A stretch of 64,000 nt of DNA from Malacoraja senta (GCA_038087875.1 CM075989.1:20400001-20464000); one strand, 5' to 3'; counted from the stretch's first letter, positions 1 through 12,800 are shown. Made by a program: numbers and translations. Notes: a model not told the origin generated them from the letters alone.

Positions 1-152
1 ACACAAGACGCTGGAGTAACTCAGCGGGTGAGGCAGCATCTATGGAGAGAAGGAATGGGCGACGTTTCGGGTCGAGACCGAAAACGACGCCCATTCCTTC
101 TCTCCATAGATGCTGCCTCACCCGTTGAGTTACTCCAGCATTTTGTGCCTAC
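1..152. repeat. Inverted pair of Penelope-derived terminal repeats
   Basis: ~1-70 is the near reverse complement of ~80-147. Confidence 0.8.
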
Positions 153-432
153 CTTTAGTTACTAGTTAATCTATTGGAAGACTTCTTCAAAACCTGGATT
201 GGCCATTGTTCATGCATAGCATCCGCTTGAGATTCTTGAGCAATTGCTTCAGGCAATCCATAGTATAAATAAGATCACTCATCTTATTCAATTTATTGAA
301 CAGGTCTTCTAGATCAATTGTTTCTCCCCTACCATACGTTAGTGTGTTTTACTATCACTATCCTCTTGTTTGGGAAATCTGCCAATGAACATGGAAGATC
401 TCATCTCTAAGTGAACATCGTGTACCATGATC

Positions 433-570
433 TTCTTTGACTTTTGTGTGGCGTGCACAGCCTAAAGTTGTTGGACAACTTGTTCTATTTGACCTTCCGT
501 TTGTGCACGTCGAGTTGATTGCATTAGTCGAAACAGGGCAGACCAAGTGAAAGTTGCAATCTTCCACCCC
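433..570 (-). mobile_element. Short non-autonomous retroelement with 5' HDV-like ribozyme (Vingi-type), copy 1
   Basis: 13-bp TSD GTGTACCATGATC at 420-432 and 571-583; GAA-like tail; homologous to 28194-28334. Confidence 0.85.
517..570 (-). ncRNA. HDV-like self-cleaving ribozyme motif
   Basis: Minus strand reads GGGGUGG-AA-GAUUGCA-ACU-UUCACUU-GGU-CUGCCCU-G-U-UUCG-A-C-UAA-UGCAAUC = P1, P2, P3, L3, P3', P1', P1.1, mini-P4, catalytic C, P2'. Confidence 0.8.
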
Positions 571-1680
571 GTGTACCATGATCATTTTGTTCCTGTAAAT
601 GAAAAATGGCCTTCTCTCTCCCTTTAGTTTTGCTGTCATTAACTGGATCCTACAATATTGGAGCAATTACAATTCATTTTCTGACGCTACTAATGCAGTG
701 CCATCAGTAATGTTATCACTGTTCCTTTCAGGTTGTGTACAAGATAAGAATCCAGACAACCCCCATGTTACATTGAATTAATTTAATTCACATATAAATA
801 GTTTCTAAAATAAAGCATTCGCTGAGAGCCACTATTATTTTGTGATTTTTCTTTTTGTTTTAGACATCTAATAGTTTCTACAAAGTTGAGGCGCGCGAGA
901 TTGCAGGTGTTGGAATCTGTGCATAAAAAAGGAGAGCAGCTGGAGGAACTCAACGGGCCAGGCAGCATCTGTGGAGAAAAATGAACAGTCAACGTTTCTC
1001 CACAGATGCTGCTTGGCACATTTTGCCCTTTATTGAGAACAGACTATCGCATATTAGTCCTTGGGAACCGTCAAACAGCATGTAATTTACATCACACGTT
1101 GAACTGGTGTTAATTTTTCATTTTGATGTCTTCATAATGTTTATTCTGTATGTAGAATCTTTCATCCATATTGCGACTCAAATTGCTATTTAATATTTGG
1201 TTTTGACAAGATATTAGTGAAGCACTTTGGTCCAATTTTATTCTCTGATATTATGAAATAATGTTTACTCCCTAATGTCTACTCCACCATTCAATAAAAT
1301 GACTGATCTTTTCCCTCCCCTCTAATTCCCCGCACTAACCTAAAAATACCAGTTTTGATGTTAATAGTTAGAATCAATGGTTTATTTATAGACAAAAAGA
1401 TGACATTATGCATATCAAATAAAAAATAAACATTTATAAACAATCGTTTTCTATCAATACGCTAATATGTGGCAAATGCAGGAAAATGATTAGCGTGGAT
1501 AAATAGTTTGTCAAAATGGATGAAAATGGCTTAATAGCGTGTTTCTGCGCTGTGTGACTCTCTATGAAGAGTATCAAGTCTTTGAAGTTGGCTTCATTAC
1601 TTTCAAAAGAGTAACCATTTCACCAGTAGGCAATTCAATTGGAAAGATTCTTTCAGCAAGTTCCCAAACAAGGTATCTCT

Positions 1681-1997
1681 GGCACAGCTGGTTGAGCTGC
1701 TTTCTCACAGCACCAGAGACCAGGTTTTGATCCTGACCTTGGGTGCTAACTGCATGGAGTTTGTATGCTCTCCCTGTGACCACGTGGGTTTCCTCCAGGT
1801 ACTCCAGTTTCCTCCCACATCCTCAAAACGTGTGAGTTTGTAAGTCAATTAGCCTCTGTAAATTGTCCCTAGTAGGCATTGGATGCAAAAGTGGGATAAA
1901 GAACTACTGTGAATGAGTGATCGCTGGTTGGGTGGTCGTCGGTGGGATGGAGGGCCTGTTTCCAGCTGTATCTTTCAATCAATTCAATTCAATCAAT
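1681..1997 (+). mobile_element. HE1 (V-SINE) SINE
   Basis: tRNA-like head, V-domain GGAGTTTGTA.GTTCTCCC..GGTTTCCTCCCACA, CR1-type tail. Confidence 0.75.
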
Positions 1998-2086
1998 TTG
2001 ATTTAAGCTACCAATAATCATTTTAATTCAGGTTTACAATAGGAATTTAATGATTGAATACATTTATTTGATTCCTTTGTGTTTGA

Positions 2087-2224
<138 letters not shown>

Positions 2225-2329
2225 TAAGAATATTTTGTTTTTCTTAATAAATTATTAATCTATATTGAACAAAATTTTATGCTATGAAGTGTGTAAAACG
2301 ATATTCGAGCAGATTAACTTGGAAAGTAA

Positions 2330-3075
2330 AGGGCCGGTCCCACTGCGGCGACCTAATTCGCGAGTTTAAAAGAGTTTGCCCTCGACTCATACTCGTAGGA
2401 TGGTCGACACGAGGTCCTAGGAGGCCCTATGAGGTCACTGGAACTCTCCTTCATGCTCGAGGGAAGTTCCCGCATACTCGCGGTCTCAGTTTGGTCGAGG
2501 AACATTTTTCAGCATGTTGAAAAATTTTCCGCGAGTAATTGGTCGGAATGGTTCTTTTGAACTCGTAGTGCAGTGGAGTGGGGTCGCTATGTAGATATAG
2601 GCAGTCAAGGGCAGCCGTAGGCAATCTCCTTCGCTGACTGGGAATTTTAATTGGCTCATTGGAGTTTTCAGGACCAAGGAAAACCGACCGGTAATGTAAA
2701 ATGCCCGCTAAACTTTATTATAAGTTGTCTGGCTTCTAAAAAGTGTCTCCCCCCCCCCCCCTTTTCCTGCCCTTCTCTCCCCTTCTCTCCCCTTCTCTCC
2801 CCCCCCACCCTCCCCGCTCTCTAAAGGACTAACCGTACACTGTGCAGCCGTCTTTTACCTTCCTGTTAATCGCGGGTGTGAATTTCAGACAGCGCTCCCC
2901 CGCTTTCCCTGGCCCTGCCTTTGCGATGTGTTTGTATATGTTGTGTGCAGTCGGTCGATCCAGCTCGCACTTTCATCGATGACGGCCGATCCAGCGCGAG
3001 GTTTTTCAGGCGAGTGCCTTCGAGTTTGAAAGTCGAAGACAGTCGCTGAAAGGTCGCGTTAGTGGGACAGGCCCT
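2330..3075. mobile_element. PIF/Harbinger-type non-autonomous DNA transposon (MITE)
   Basis: TIRs AGGGCC(G/T)GTCCCACT / AGTGGGACAGGCCCT, TAA on both sides; CpG-rich interior. Confidence 0.8.
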
Positions 3076-3076
3076 T

Positions 3077-3661
3077 AACTCTCCTTCATGCTCGAGAGTA
3101 GTCCCCGCGTACTCGAATCCTCAGCTAGGTCGTGGCGTTTTTTTCAACATGCTGATAAATGCCCGCGAGTAAAAAAAGGCCGCCATGGAAAAAAATCGAT
3201 ATTTTTTTACTCGTAGGTTTAGTCGAGGTAGGTCGTAGAAGGTCGTAATGCTATCATAGGTAATAGAAGGCAATCGAAGATAATCAAAGGTAGTCGAAGG
3301 TAAAGCTCGTTGAGAAAGAAAAGGTAAGTAAACCGACCGGTAATGTTAAATGCCCGCTAAACTTTATTAAAAGTTGTCTGGCTTCTTAAAAGTGTCTCCA
3401 CCCCTTCTCCCCCCTTCTCTCCGCGCTCTCTAAAGGACTTATTGTAACTGTGCCAGCCGTCTTTTACCTTCCTGTTCATCGCGGGTGTGAATTTCAGACA
3501 GCGCTCCCTCATTTTTCCTTGTGTGTGTGTGTGCAGACGGTCGATCCGGCTCGCGATTTCATCGCTGATAGTCGATCCAACTCGAGGTTTTTCAGGCGAG
3601 TGCCCTCGAGCTTGAAGGTCGAAGACAGTCGCTGAAAAGTCGCGTTAGTGGGACAGGCCCT
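3077..3661. mobile_element. Second, left-truncated Harbinger MITE in tandem
   Basis: 3330-3661 closely resembles 2682-3075; right TIR followed by TAA; no left TIR. Confidence 0.75.
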
Positions 3662-4656
3662 TAAAATTGGTTTATAATCACTAGCTGTGATCAGACTCAT
3701 TAAAAAAACTGAGTATCTTGTGTATCTGGGGTGTAAATTGGTCTTAAAGTAGTAGGCATCGATTATCCTTAGTTATGAAAATGCTGGAGATATGGAATAT
3801 ATACATGTTGAGTATGTTATTATTTACATAGGTAACTGTGCTGGACAATGAAATCAATGTTTACACAACTCAAATATTTCAATGTCTTTTGGGCCATTTT
3901 TTTGCTGCAGAAATATCAAGGGGATAAAGTTCCCAGTAAATCAGAGAGTTACCGTCAGGGATATCCAGCCAAACCTGCACAGGTTCAGCAGCTTGACAGT
4001 GAAATACATACCATTGTGAAGTTACTGTACTTGCAAGATATACAAGACATTTGGACAGGTACATGGATAGGAAAGGTTTAGAGGGATATGGGCCAAATGC
4101 AGGAGGGTGAGACTAGTGTGGTTGGGGCATCATCTTGACTATAGTACAGGTGTCAGAGGTTATGGGGAGAAGGCAGGAGAATGGGGTTAGGAGGGAGAGA
4201 TAGATCAGCCATGATTGAATGGCATAGACTTGATGGGCCGAATGGAATAATTCTACTCCTATACCTTATGATCTTGGCCAGCATGGGCAAAATTGGGCCG
4301 AAGGGCCTGTTTCCACGCTGTATGATTCTAGGCCTACCATTAAAAACATTGGATCTTGTCCAATAAATCTAAAGTTTTATTTTTTGCCAATTGACCTTCT
4401 AGGATTAAAATTAGCTTTCAAAATTTGATTTGTTCAAAAATGTTAATTATGACTGGAGATTTAAAAAGAAAATGAAATTGCTTAAATCAAACTTTTGAAC
4501 TTTTGTTTTTACCTCCTCATAATCATGTCAGTCTTCTCTTTTCATCTGTAATCTGACATTGAATAAAATATTCTCGCTGACCGTTCCTGATACAGACTTC
4601 CTTTCACTTATTAACAGTTCTTCAAACTGCTTAAATGTGGGCAGACTCGTCTTTCA

Positions 4657-5225
4657 TAGAAACCCAGAAACATAGAAAATAGGTGCAGGAGTAGGCCATT
4701 CGGCCCTTCGAGCCTGCACTGCCATTCAATATAATCATGGCTGATCATCCAACTCAGTATCCTGTACCTGCCTTCTCTCCATACCCCCTGATCCCTTTAG
4801 CCACATGGGCCACATCTAACTCCCTCTTAAATATAGCCAATGAACTGGCCTCAACTACCTTCTGTGGCAGAGAATTCCACAGATTCACCACTCTCTGTGT
4901 AAAAAATGATTTTCTCATCTCGGTCCTAAAAGACTTCCCCCTTATCCTTAAACTGTGACCCCTTGTTCTGGACTTCCCCAACATCGGGAATAATCTTCCT
5001 GCATCTAGCCTGTCCAACCCCTTAAGAAATTTGTAAGTTTCTATAAGATCCCCCCTCAATCTTCTAAATTCTAGGAATACAAGCCGAGTCTATCCAGTCT
5101 TTCTTAATATGAAAGTCTTGCCATCCCAGGAATCAGTCTGGTGAACCTTCCCTGTACTCCCTCTATGGCAAGAATGTCTTTCCTCAGATTAGGAGACCAA
5201 AACTGTACGCAATACTCCAGGTGTG
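4657..5225 (-). mobile_element. CR1 (HER1-like) LINE 3' fragment
   Basis: HLEYCVQFWSP..RGDLIETYK..RTRGHSL..FFTQRVVNLWNSLP. Confidence 0.9.
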
Positions 5226-5499
5226 CTCTTTCAACTCGCATAAGCCTTAGGTTGCCTGTAACACTCATTGTTTTTTTATTCTCAATCTTCAGCCAGTCCC
5301 AGTACAAAAATCCCATAGAAAATGTGTTGGTCAGTGTAGAAAATAGCTGGAATTGCTCAAAGGTAAGGGAAGAAAATCGTAATGGAGATAAAATTGGACT
5401 GCTGTCAAATAAAACATAGCAAAAATCAATACGTGATGCACAAGATATGGGGAAATGCTATTTTTTGAAAAGTCTTCACTCCATAATGCAGAAGTATAA

Positions 5500-5835
5500 A
5501 TGGGACAGGACATAGTCTAGCAAGTGATGGGTGGATATAGGTGGGTGGATTGGATTGGCAAATGGGTGGAGTAAGTGACAAAGGCTAGAGGGATATAACT
5601 GGAAGGGAGTGGGGGGGCAAGGATTTGGGGAAATTGGGGCTGCATAATGGGGGAAATAGTGCACAACAGGGTAGGTGAGGGGGCAAAGGAAAAAGAGAGG
5701 GGTGTGGGAATGTTGATTAAAAATTTAGAATTCAATATTTATACTGTTGGGTTGCACGCTACCCAAGTACATATGAGATGCTGTTCCTCCACGTCGTGTG
5801 TGGCCTCATTCTAACAATGAAGGAGGCCCAGGACA
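5500..5835 (-). mobile_element. Penelope-like element fragment
   Basis: Reverse complement encodes EEQHL..LGS.QP...NIEF; purine-rich UTR on +. Confidence 0.65.
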
Positions 5836-5927
5836 CATCCAAGATTACAGAAGCTTCAAAAAACAAAGGTGACTCTAACATAACTTTGACTTATGGATGC
5901 ATTTTTCCTTTCCTATTTTTATCACAG

Positions 5928-6100
5928 TTGTGGATCCTCAACACATGATGAAGAAGTGAAGCTCTTGTTCACTTATAGGCAGATGTCCATCGCTCTGCCG
6001 GATGAAATCCTTGGAATAGGAACAGAAAACGACCCTGTGCCAACCCTCCAGGAAATGGTCATGAGAACTATCCATAGGTTTTTCAGAATATCTGAGAAAG
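5928..6100 (+). CDS. LRRC28: LRRC28 internal coding exon (third from last); probable GC donor
   Basis: Polypyrimidine tract + CACAG acceptor; CGSSTHDEEVKLLFTYRQMSIALPDEILGIGTENDPVPTLQEMVMRTIHRFFRISEK; phase fits both neighbours; ends AAG/GCATGT (in-frame GT alternative at 6107). Confidence 0.88.
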
Positions 6101-6833
6101 GCATGTGTAATCAGTATTCCCTTACACTGAGAGTGGCTGAGACTGAATTCATGGCTGCTTTTATAGTTTTAACATTAAAAATGCATTATTATTAGGATGG
6201 AAACCATTTCATCAGGTTTTGGCAGAAGGACAAGTAGGTTAGATAGGAGGGCATTTGTGCTTTCAAAGTTGCTCAGCCTTTCCATCGGGTAATAGTTGAT
6301 TTGTCTCATTTCCACAATGACATTATCGGGATGGCATGGTGAGGCAGCGGTAGAGTTGCTGCCTTACAGCGCCACATACCCCAGTTCGATCCTGACTACA
6401 TCCTGACATACTCTGTATGGATGGTAGACAAAAAATGCTCAGAGAAACTCAGCGGGTGAGGCAGCATCTATGGAGAGAAGGAATAGGCAACGTTTCATGT
6501 CGAGACCCTTCTTCAGGTCTGATGTTGTGTTCCTTCAAGCACTCACCTTGTGATTTTTAGTAGTTTTTTAAATATTCAGCAAGATTGCAACCGATGATCG
6601 ATCAGAGGGTAAAACGCATAGCACACATTGGAGGGGGAGGAAAAACATTTCAATTGGTGTGTCCAAAAAAAATAATTGTGGAAGAAACTTTGAGATAGCG
6701 ATTCAAGTTCAGTTAATATACTTGACTGATGTTGGTCACATTTGCTTTTTGGCCAAATGGGTAGAAGATTTAAAACTGAAATTGCAGATATTTGGTGTTG
6801 CAGACATCTGACTCTTTACAAGTGATGTAGGAT

Positions 6834-7077
6834 GGAACTGCAGATGCTGGTTTATACCAAAGATAGGCACAAAGTGCTGGGGTAACTTAGCGGTTCAGAC
6901 AGCATCTACGGAGAAAAGGAATAGGCGACGTTTCTGGTTGGAACCCTTCTTCAGACACTCTTGGGTCGGAACGCTTCTTCAGACTGAAGAAGGATACCGA
7001 CCCGAAACATCGCCTATTCCTTTTCTCCAGCGATGCTGCCTGACCCACTGAGTTACTCCAGCATTTTGTGTCTATCT
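6834..7077. repeat. Inverted pair of Penelope-derived terminal repeats
   Basis: ~90-bp arms with hammerhead-like cores on both strands (6927-6954 -, 6984-7011 +). Confidence 0.8.
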
Positions 7078-9080
7078 ACTATTTATAAATGATGTCTGAA
7101 ATGTGTTAGATTGCCAAGTACATACCCAAGTACAAGTACATATCATATCTCTATAATTACTTGTGGCAAGTCACAATGCACTGCTTTCCTAGGGCACGGT
7201 TGCTAAATCATAAAAGATGGAAATTAAATTGTTAAATTGTGTGGGATGTTTCCAGTTAAGGCATCAGTCCATGATGAATAATTGTTATGAATGAATTGAA
7301 AGGTTATTTGATTTTACAATTGGAAATTAGAAGCGTTCATTTTGTAAGATTTGCTAAAACCCAGAAGATGTAGTTATATTATTCGATATTTATGCAAGAG
7401 TTTCTCTATGCCTTTACTCATTTTGCGTGGGAAGCAGAAGTTTGCATTAAATTATGTGACAAATGAAATGTGATGGATTGGAATGAATTGTTACAGATTA
7501 GATATATATTTAATACACTAATTACATTATGCACATTCTATGCATATGCAATCCATACATTGTCTGTCACATTGATTTGTCGATTACTGTGTATGAGCAG
7601 CGCATTTATTTATTCATTAACAAGATGTGGTGCTGATGGCAAAGCCAGCATTATAGTCTAAAGGGTTTAGAAACATGGAAAATAGGTGCAGGAGTAGGCC
7701 ATTCGGCCCATCGAGCCAGCACTGCCATTCAATGTGATCATGGCTAATCATCCAGAATCAGTACCCCGTTCCTGCTTTCTCCCCATATCCATTGATTCCA
7801 TTAGATCTAAGAGCTATATCTAACTCTCTCTTGAATAATTGAAGCTTTGCTCTTGAGAAGTTAATGGTGAGCCATCCTTTGTGTGACTGGCGCTGGGAGT
7901 TCCAGGATTTATATCTAATGATAAAGAGTTTAAATAAAACAGGATGATGAGTGACTTAGAGGGCACTGATAGGTGATGCTGTTCCCATGCCACTACTATT
8001 CTGTCCTCCTCTGTTGGCAGATGTTGTGCGTTTGGGAGCCTCTGCAGGAGTTTCCTCGGTTGATAACTGCAATGCATTTCGATTATATACATAAAATGCT
8101 GGATTAACTCAGCCAGTCAGGGAGCATCCCTGGAGGACATGGATCCTTGTTTCAGATCGGGATCCTTCTTCAGACCTTTCTTGTTTCTACCACTTGATGC
8201 TATTTATTGTAACCAGGCTAATCCAGTGATTGAGGGAGTGAATATTTAGGGTGGAAAATGGGTACCAATTGCCAATCAGCGAGGTGGTTCTGTTCAAGGT
8301 GATGTTGAGTTTCTAATCAAAAGACATGCGGAAAATGTTGAAATGGGCTACAGATTTTATTCTTCAAGCTGTTGAGGAAGAGGATCATATTTTATTTATA
8401 AACATTTTTGTTACCTATAAGCAGTGACTTGGTTGGTTGTATTCAATGGATTGAACGGTGTAAAAAGTACCTAATTTTCAAATTGACTGCCATAAATACA
8501 TAACTTCGAATAGATTTTTTTATTGCTTAAGAGTAAGTAAAGGTAGAAGGAAAATGCATATATTTTGTTTTCAACCTTAGAGTACATAGTGATTTGGCAC
8601 ATTTTAACGCATTTTCATCCAACAGCTGAATATCAGAAAAAATGCCCAGTGTCCTTGCTTTTTAATGTTTGAGAATGAGTTACGGAGTGGTTGGATATCA
8701 GGATACAGATCCCCATGCATAGCATTTCTTGTCTTTTATTAAGGATAGACTCAGATATTAAATCCTTTGCCACAATGGGAAAAGAAAATTGGAGGGAAGA
8801 ACTGCAATAAATGCCATCTGATTAGCCCAGTATTTTTTTTAATGTCAGGGAGCAGGTATTCTACTTATCCTATGATCTAGTAAAGTTGTTTGTGATATGG
8901 TCACATCTGTTCAAGAGAGAACAAATGCATAGAAAATAATAATGTTTTTTAGTACCTATATTGGTTATCTTCCAGTAACATTGCTATCTGTGACATAATG
9001 TTTAAAACCATAATGTTTGTACAGCTGTTGTGTAGCTTTACTAAGATTAAGCTGCATTAAATAGGAAGATAACTGCATAG

Positions 9081-9269
<189 letters not shown>

Positions 9270-9811
9270 TAAATATCTACTATTTTTTCCTGTATCCATA
9301 TATCCATTGTTTATCCTAACAGCGATTATCTCATCATTACCTAAAGGGGAAGCACAGGCTTTGATTGAGAAGCTGGTGTATTTAGATTAAAACAAAGGCC
9401 AAAACAATTGAATATTTTCATCTAGTCTGCAGAAATGTTACTGCATCAAATTTTACACATTCTTGCTACTGAGGAATACTTTATTTTTTTTGTTGCTTTA
9501 ATTAGGTGTAAAATCCATTTTGTCTGAAGAAGGGTCCCGACCCAAAACCTATCCATTTTCTGTAGAGATGCTGCCTGACCTGCCGAGTTACTCCAGCATT
9601 TTGTGTCTATTAACTACTAAGATACCGAGTTTGCAGACTGAAAGCTAAATTTTAATGCCAGGCTTGACATTTATTATTGAATGCAAAACTTCTCATAATA
9701 ATTTTGAAATGTCATGATGATTTATATTTGGTAGGAAGAAAATGGTCAAAAATCTAACTTCTCTGTAAATAAATTCTCACTAGGATAGGGAAATAGTATG
9801 AGGAGCAATTA

Positions 9812-10122
9812 TTTAGTTTAGTTTAGTTTAGAAATACAGCTTGGAAACAGGCCCTTCAGCCCACGAGTCCGGGCCGACCAGCGATCCTTGCACACTAATG
9901 CTAACCTATACACGGACTAGGGACAATTTACAATTATACCAAGCCAATTAACCTATCAACCTGTATGTCTTTGGAGTGTGGGAGGTAACTGGTGATTGCG
10001 GAGAAAACCCACATGGGTCACAGGGAGAACGTACAAACTTTGTACAGACAGCACCCGTAGTCAGGATTGAACCCGGGTCTCTGGCGCTGTAAGGCATCAA
10101 TTCTAACGCTGTGTCACCGTGC
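9812..10122 (-). mobile_element. HE1 (V-SINE) SINE
   Basis: Full unit with (CTAAA)n tail, in the last LRRC28 intron. Confidence 0.85.
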
Positions 10123-10254
10123 AGACTTTTAAAAAAAAGTAAAAACAATCTTGGATGGTAACCACAGCTGTTCTCATAAATGAGAAAATTAAACCTCAAT
10201 TGATGCATCAAAATATATCTGCTGAATGCTGTTATGAATTATCTGTTTTCACAG

Positions 10255-10327
10255 GAGGACAAAAATCAGCTTTGTAGCATACTGTTGCTCTATCAAGTGT
10301 CTACAGCTTTTTGACTTGCTCAGCTGA
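10255..10327 (+). CDS. LRRC28: LRRC28 last coding exon (to TGA stop)
   Basis: TTTTCACAG acceptor; RTKISFVAYCCSIKCLQLFDLLS* matches the LRRC28 C-terminus SFVAYCCS..CLQ.FDLLS; TGA followed by TAG. Confidence 0.93.
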
Positions 10328-11041
10328 TAGATCTCATGATGATGAATGAACCAGTGCCAGCACTTGGAAGAGACATTTGAAGGTGGAAACTCCCTCTGAC
10401 TTGCACAGCTCCTCAGTGAGACCTTTATGATTTAAAAAAATTGTGCCATGTTTTGAGAAAACTTTGTGATCCTTTTCAATTTGTACTAAAAACTCTTACG
10501 ATTCCACCAAGTTATGTGAAATCTTAATTTTAATGAAAATTACTGTCATAGTTAAAAATCAAAATGGGTTGAAAATTTGCTACCCGTAAGCTGATCAATA
10601 ACGCAAGCACCAGGGAAAATCTGAAACTAACAAGTGAAACCCATTTTGGATTAATTACTTCAAGACCATAGCAAAGTTTGTATGAAGTGTTTAATTGCAG
10701 AATTTGGATGGACATAATACTTTGCGCCTTCTTGCGTTCTCAAAACCTAGAGATTACTTTTGATTTGATGATAATCCGCAATTTTATTCTCAAATTAAAT
10801 ACATAGTGAAATAGTTACAAGCAAATTGTAACCAACTACCACTGCATTGGGTGGGGTGTGAGGAGGGGGGGGGGGGGTGTGGTTGTTAGTATTTCTATAA
10901 CACAGTCTGTATGGAAACACAAACAGCTGTAACCTGGGGGACGAATGTAATAATGTTGCAACTACTCAGGTAGGAAGGTCAGTTATAAATAGTATTATTT
11001 ATTTCTGGTTGAATAACCAATTCCAAAAATTACAATTAACA

Positions 11042-11047
11042 AATAAA
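11042..11047 (+). promoter_or_regulatory. Candidate LRRC28 polyadenylation signal
   Basis: AATAAA ~0.7 kb after the stop, followed by T/GT-rich sequence; other AATAAA at 11327, 11520 and 11721 are also possible. Confidence 0.3.
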
Positions 11048-11875
11048 TTGTCGACTATTCAAGTTTTAGTTTTGAGTATTGCCGTTTTACAAGAACAGTT
11101 AGCATTTTGCAAGGTTGCTGAAGTGTAGTAATGGGGTCGTGTGCCAGTTGCTACTTGTTCATTAAAATCATGTGGAATGGGAGGTCGGAATGACACTCTC
11201 GGGGTGTTATAAAACTGTTCAGACTATTGCTTGTTGGCTTTGATCCCTCATGTAGACAAATTAAACTGATTGTGTCCATTGTATCAATAGAAAGCACAAA
11301 ACGTTTCACTCCTGAAGAGAGTGTAAAATAAATCACGGGTGGTAATTGTTAGTTAGCTGCCGTTGAAAAAAAATAATGACCGAAATGCACAGATTTTGAA
11401 GCAGGATTGAAACTGCCCATGCTTACTCCTGTGTTTATTATGTGCAACGTAAGAATGGATTTAGGATTGGTTTTAAGAGAGGATTACAAACTAACCTGGG
11501 CATTTCCCAATCAGAGCAGAATAAATTTACTTTTCTTCAAAATACGAAGGAGTCAAGTATTGTTAAGTATATAGTTCTGCATCCACTTTCTCTCTCACAC
11601 TTTTTTCCAAAGAATAGTTCAAATCACATTTTTATTTTAAGTATGGAACAGTCTATTGATGAGATGTGACCAGTTTGGTATCATGGAAGAAATAGTTGGA
11701 CAAAAGCATGTTCCTGACCAAATAAATGTGACCACCAACTATTTGAAGCAAAACATGGAGCAATTTACTGATGAGACCACCAGGTTAAGTGCGCTTTTCT
11801 AAATTTTAAGCTTGTTTTTTTTTTCATCAGACTCCATGATTATGAGTCTCTTTCAACCTCATCTCCATGCTATGA

Positions 11876-12190
11876 CTTTAGTTTGGTTTAGTTCAGAGAT
11901 ACTGCGTGGAAACAGGCCCTTCGGCCCACCGAGTCCAGCCAACCAGCGATTCCCCAAACACTAACACTGCCCTACACACACTAGGGACAATTTACACTTA
12001 TACCAAGCCAATTAACCTACATACCTAGATACGTCTTTGAAGTGTGGAAGGAAATCGAAGATCTCGGAGAAAACCCACGCAGTCACGGGGAGAATGTACA
12101 GACAGCACCTGTAGTCGGGATTGTACCCGGGTCTCCAGCGCCGCAAGCTTTGTAAGGCAGCAACTCTACCACTGCGCCACCATACCACCC
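11876..12190 (-). mobile_element. HE1 (V-SINE) SINE
   Basis: Head, V-domain, tail. Confidence 0.85.
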
Positions 12191-12489
12191 TTGGGCTTAC
12201 CTGAATAGCACACAAAGTTTTCCATTATAGCTCAGCATGCATAGAGTCCTTAAGTCAAACAGCACAGGCATAGGCACAACATGCACATGCTGACCAAGAT
12301 GCCCCATTTACGGTGGTCTCAACTGCCCGCGTTTAGCCCATATCCCTCGCAACCTTTCCTATCTATGTACCATATTTCTACACATGACAAGAATAAATCA
12401 ATAATACCAATTTTGGTATAGTAAGCCAGTTTTACTTTGTCCAGTGAGTCTCCCCTCTCCTTTCGTTTCAGATTGTCACCGGTTTAACT

Positions 12490-12800
12490 TTTAGTTTAGA
12501 GATGGAGGATGTAAACATGCAATTCAGCCCGCCAAGTCCATGCTGACCATCAATCACCCATTCACGCTAGTTCTCTGTTATCCCACTTCATCATCCACTT
12601 CCTACTTACCACTGGCAATTTACAGAGACCAATTAACCTACAAATCCACACGTCTTTGGGATGTGGGAGGAAACCAGAGCACCCAGAGGAAACCCATGTG
12701 GTCGGAGGGAGAACGGACCAACTCAACACAGCCAGCGCCCAAGTAGGCTTGAACCCGGGTGTCTGTCTCTGTGAGGCAGCAGCTCTACCACGGTGCCACC
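12490..12800 (-). mobile_element. HE1 (V-SINE) SINE, diverged
   Basis: Head, V-domain, tail. Confidence 0.75.

Noticed and set aside
732..781. Possible extra LRRC28 exon after the TTCCTTTCAG acceptor-like site
   Set aside because: No leucine-rich-repeat similarity and no suitable donor
3225..3305. Short GTCGAAGG/GTCGTAG iterations suggestive of an array
   Set aside because: Degenerate interior repeats of a Harbinger MITE; no constant repeat-spacer structure, eukaryotic context, not CRISPR
9523..9550. Sense hammerhead in the last LRRC28 intron as an active ribozyme
   Set aside because: GAAA is mutated to AAAA and the cleavage triplet is deleted
10983..10992. MEF2 consensus site TTATAAATAG
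   Set aside because: A single AT-rich 10-mer is expected by chance in this composition
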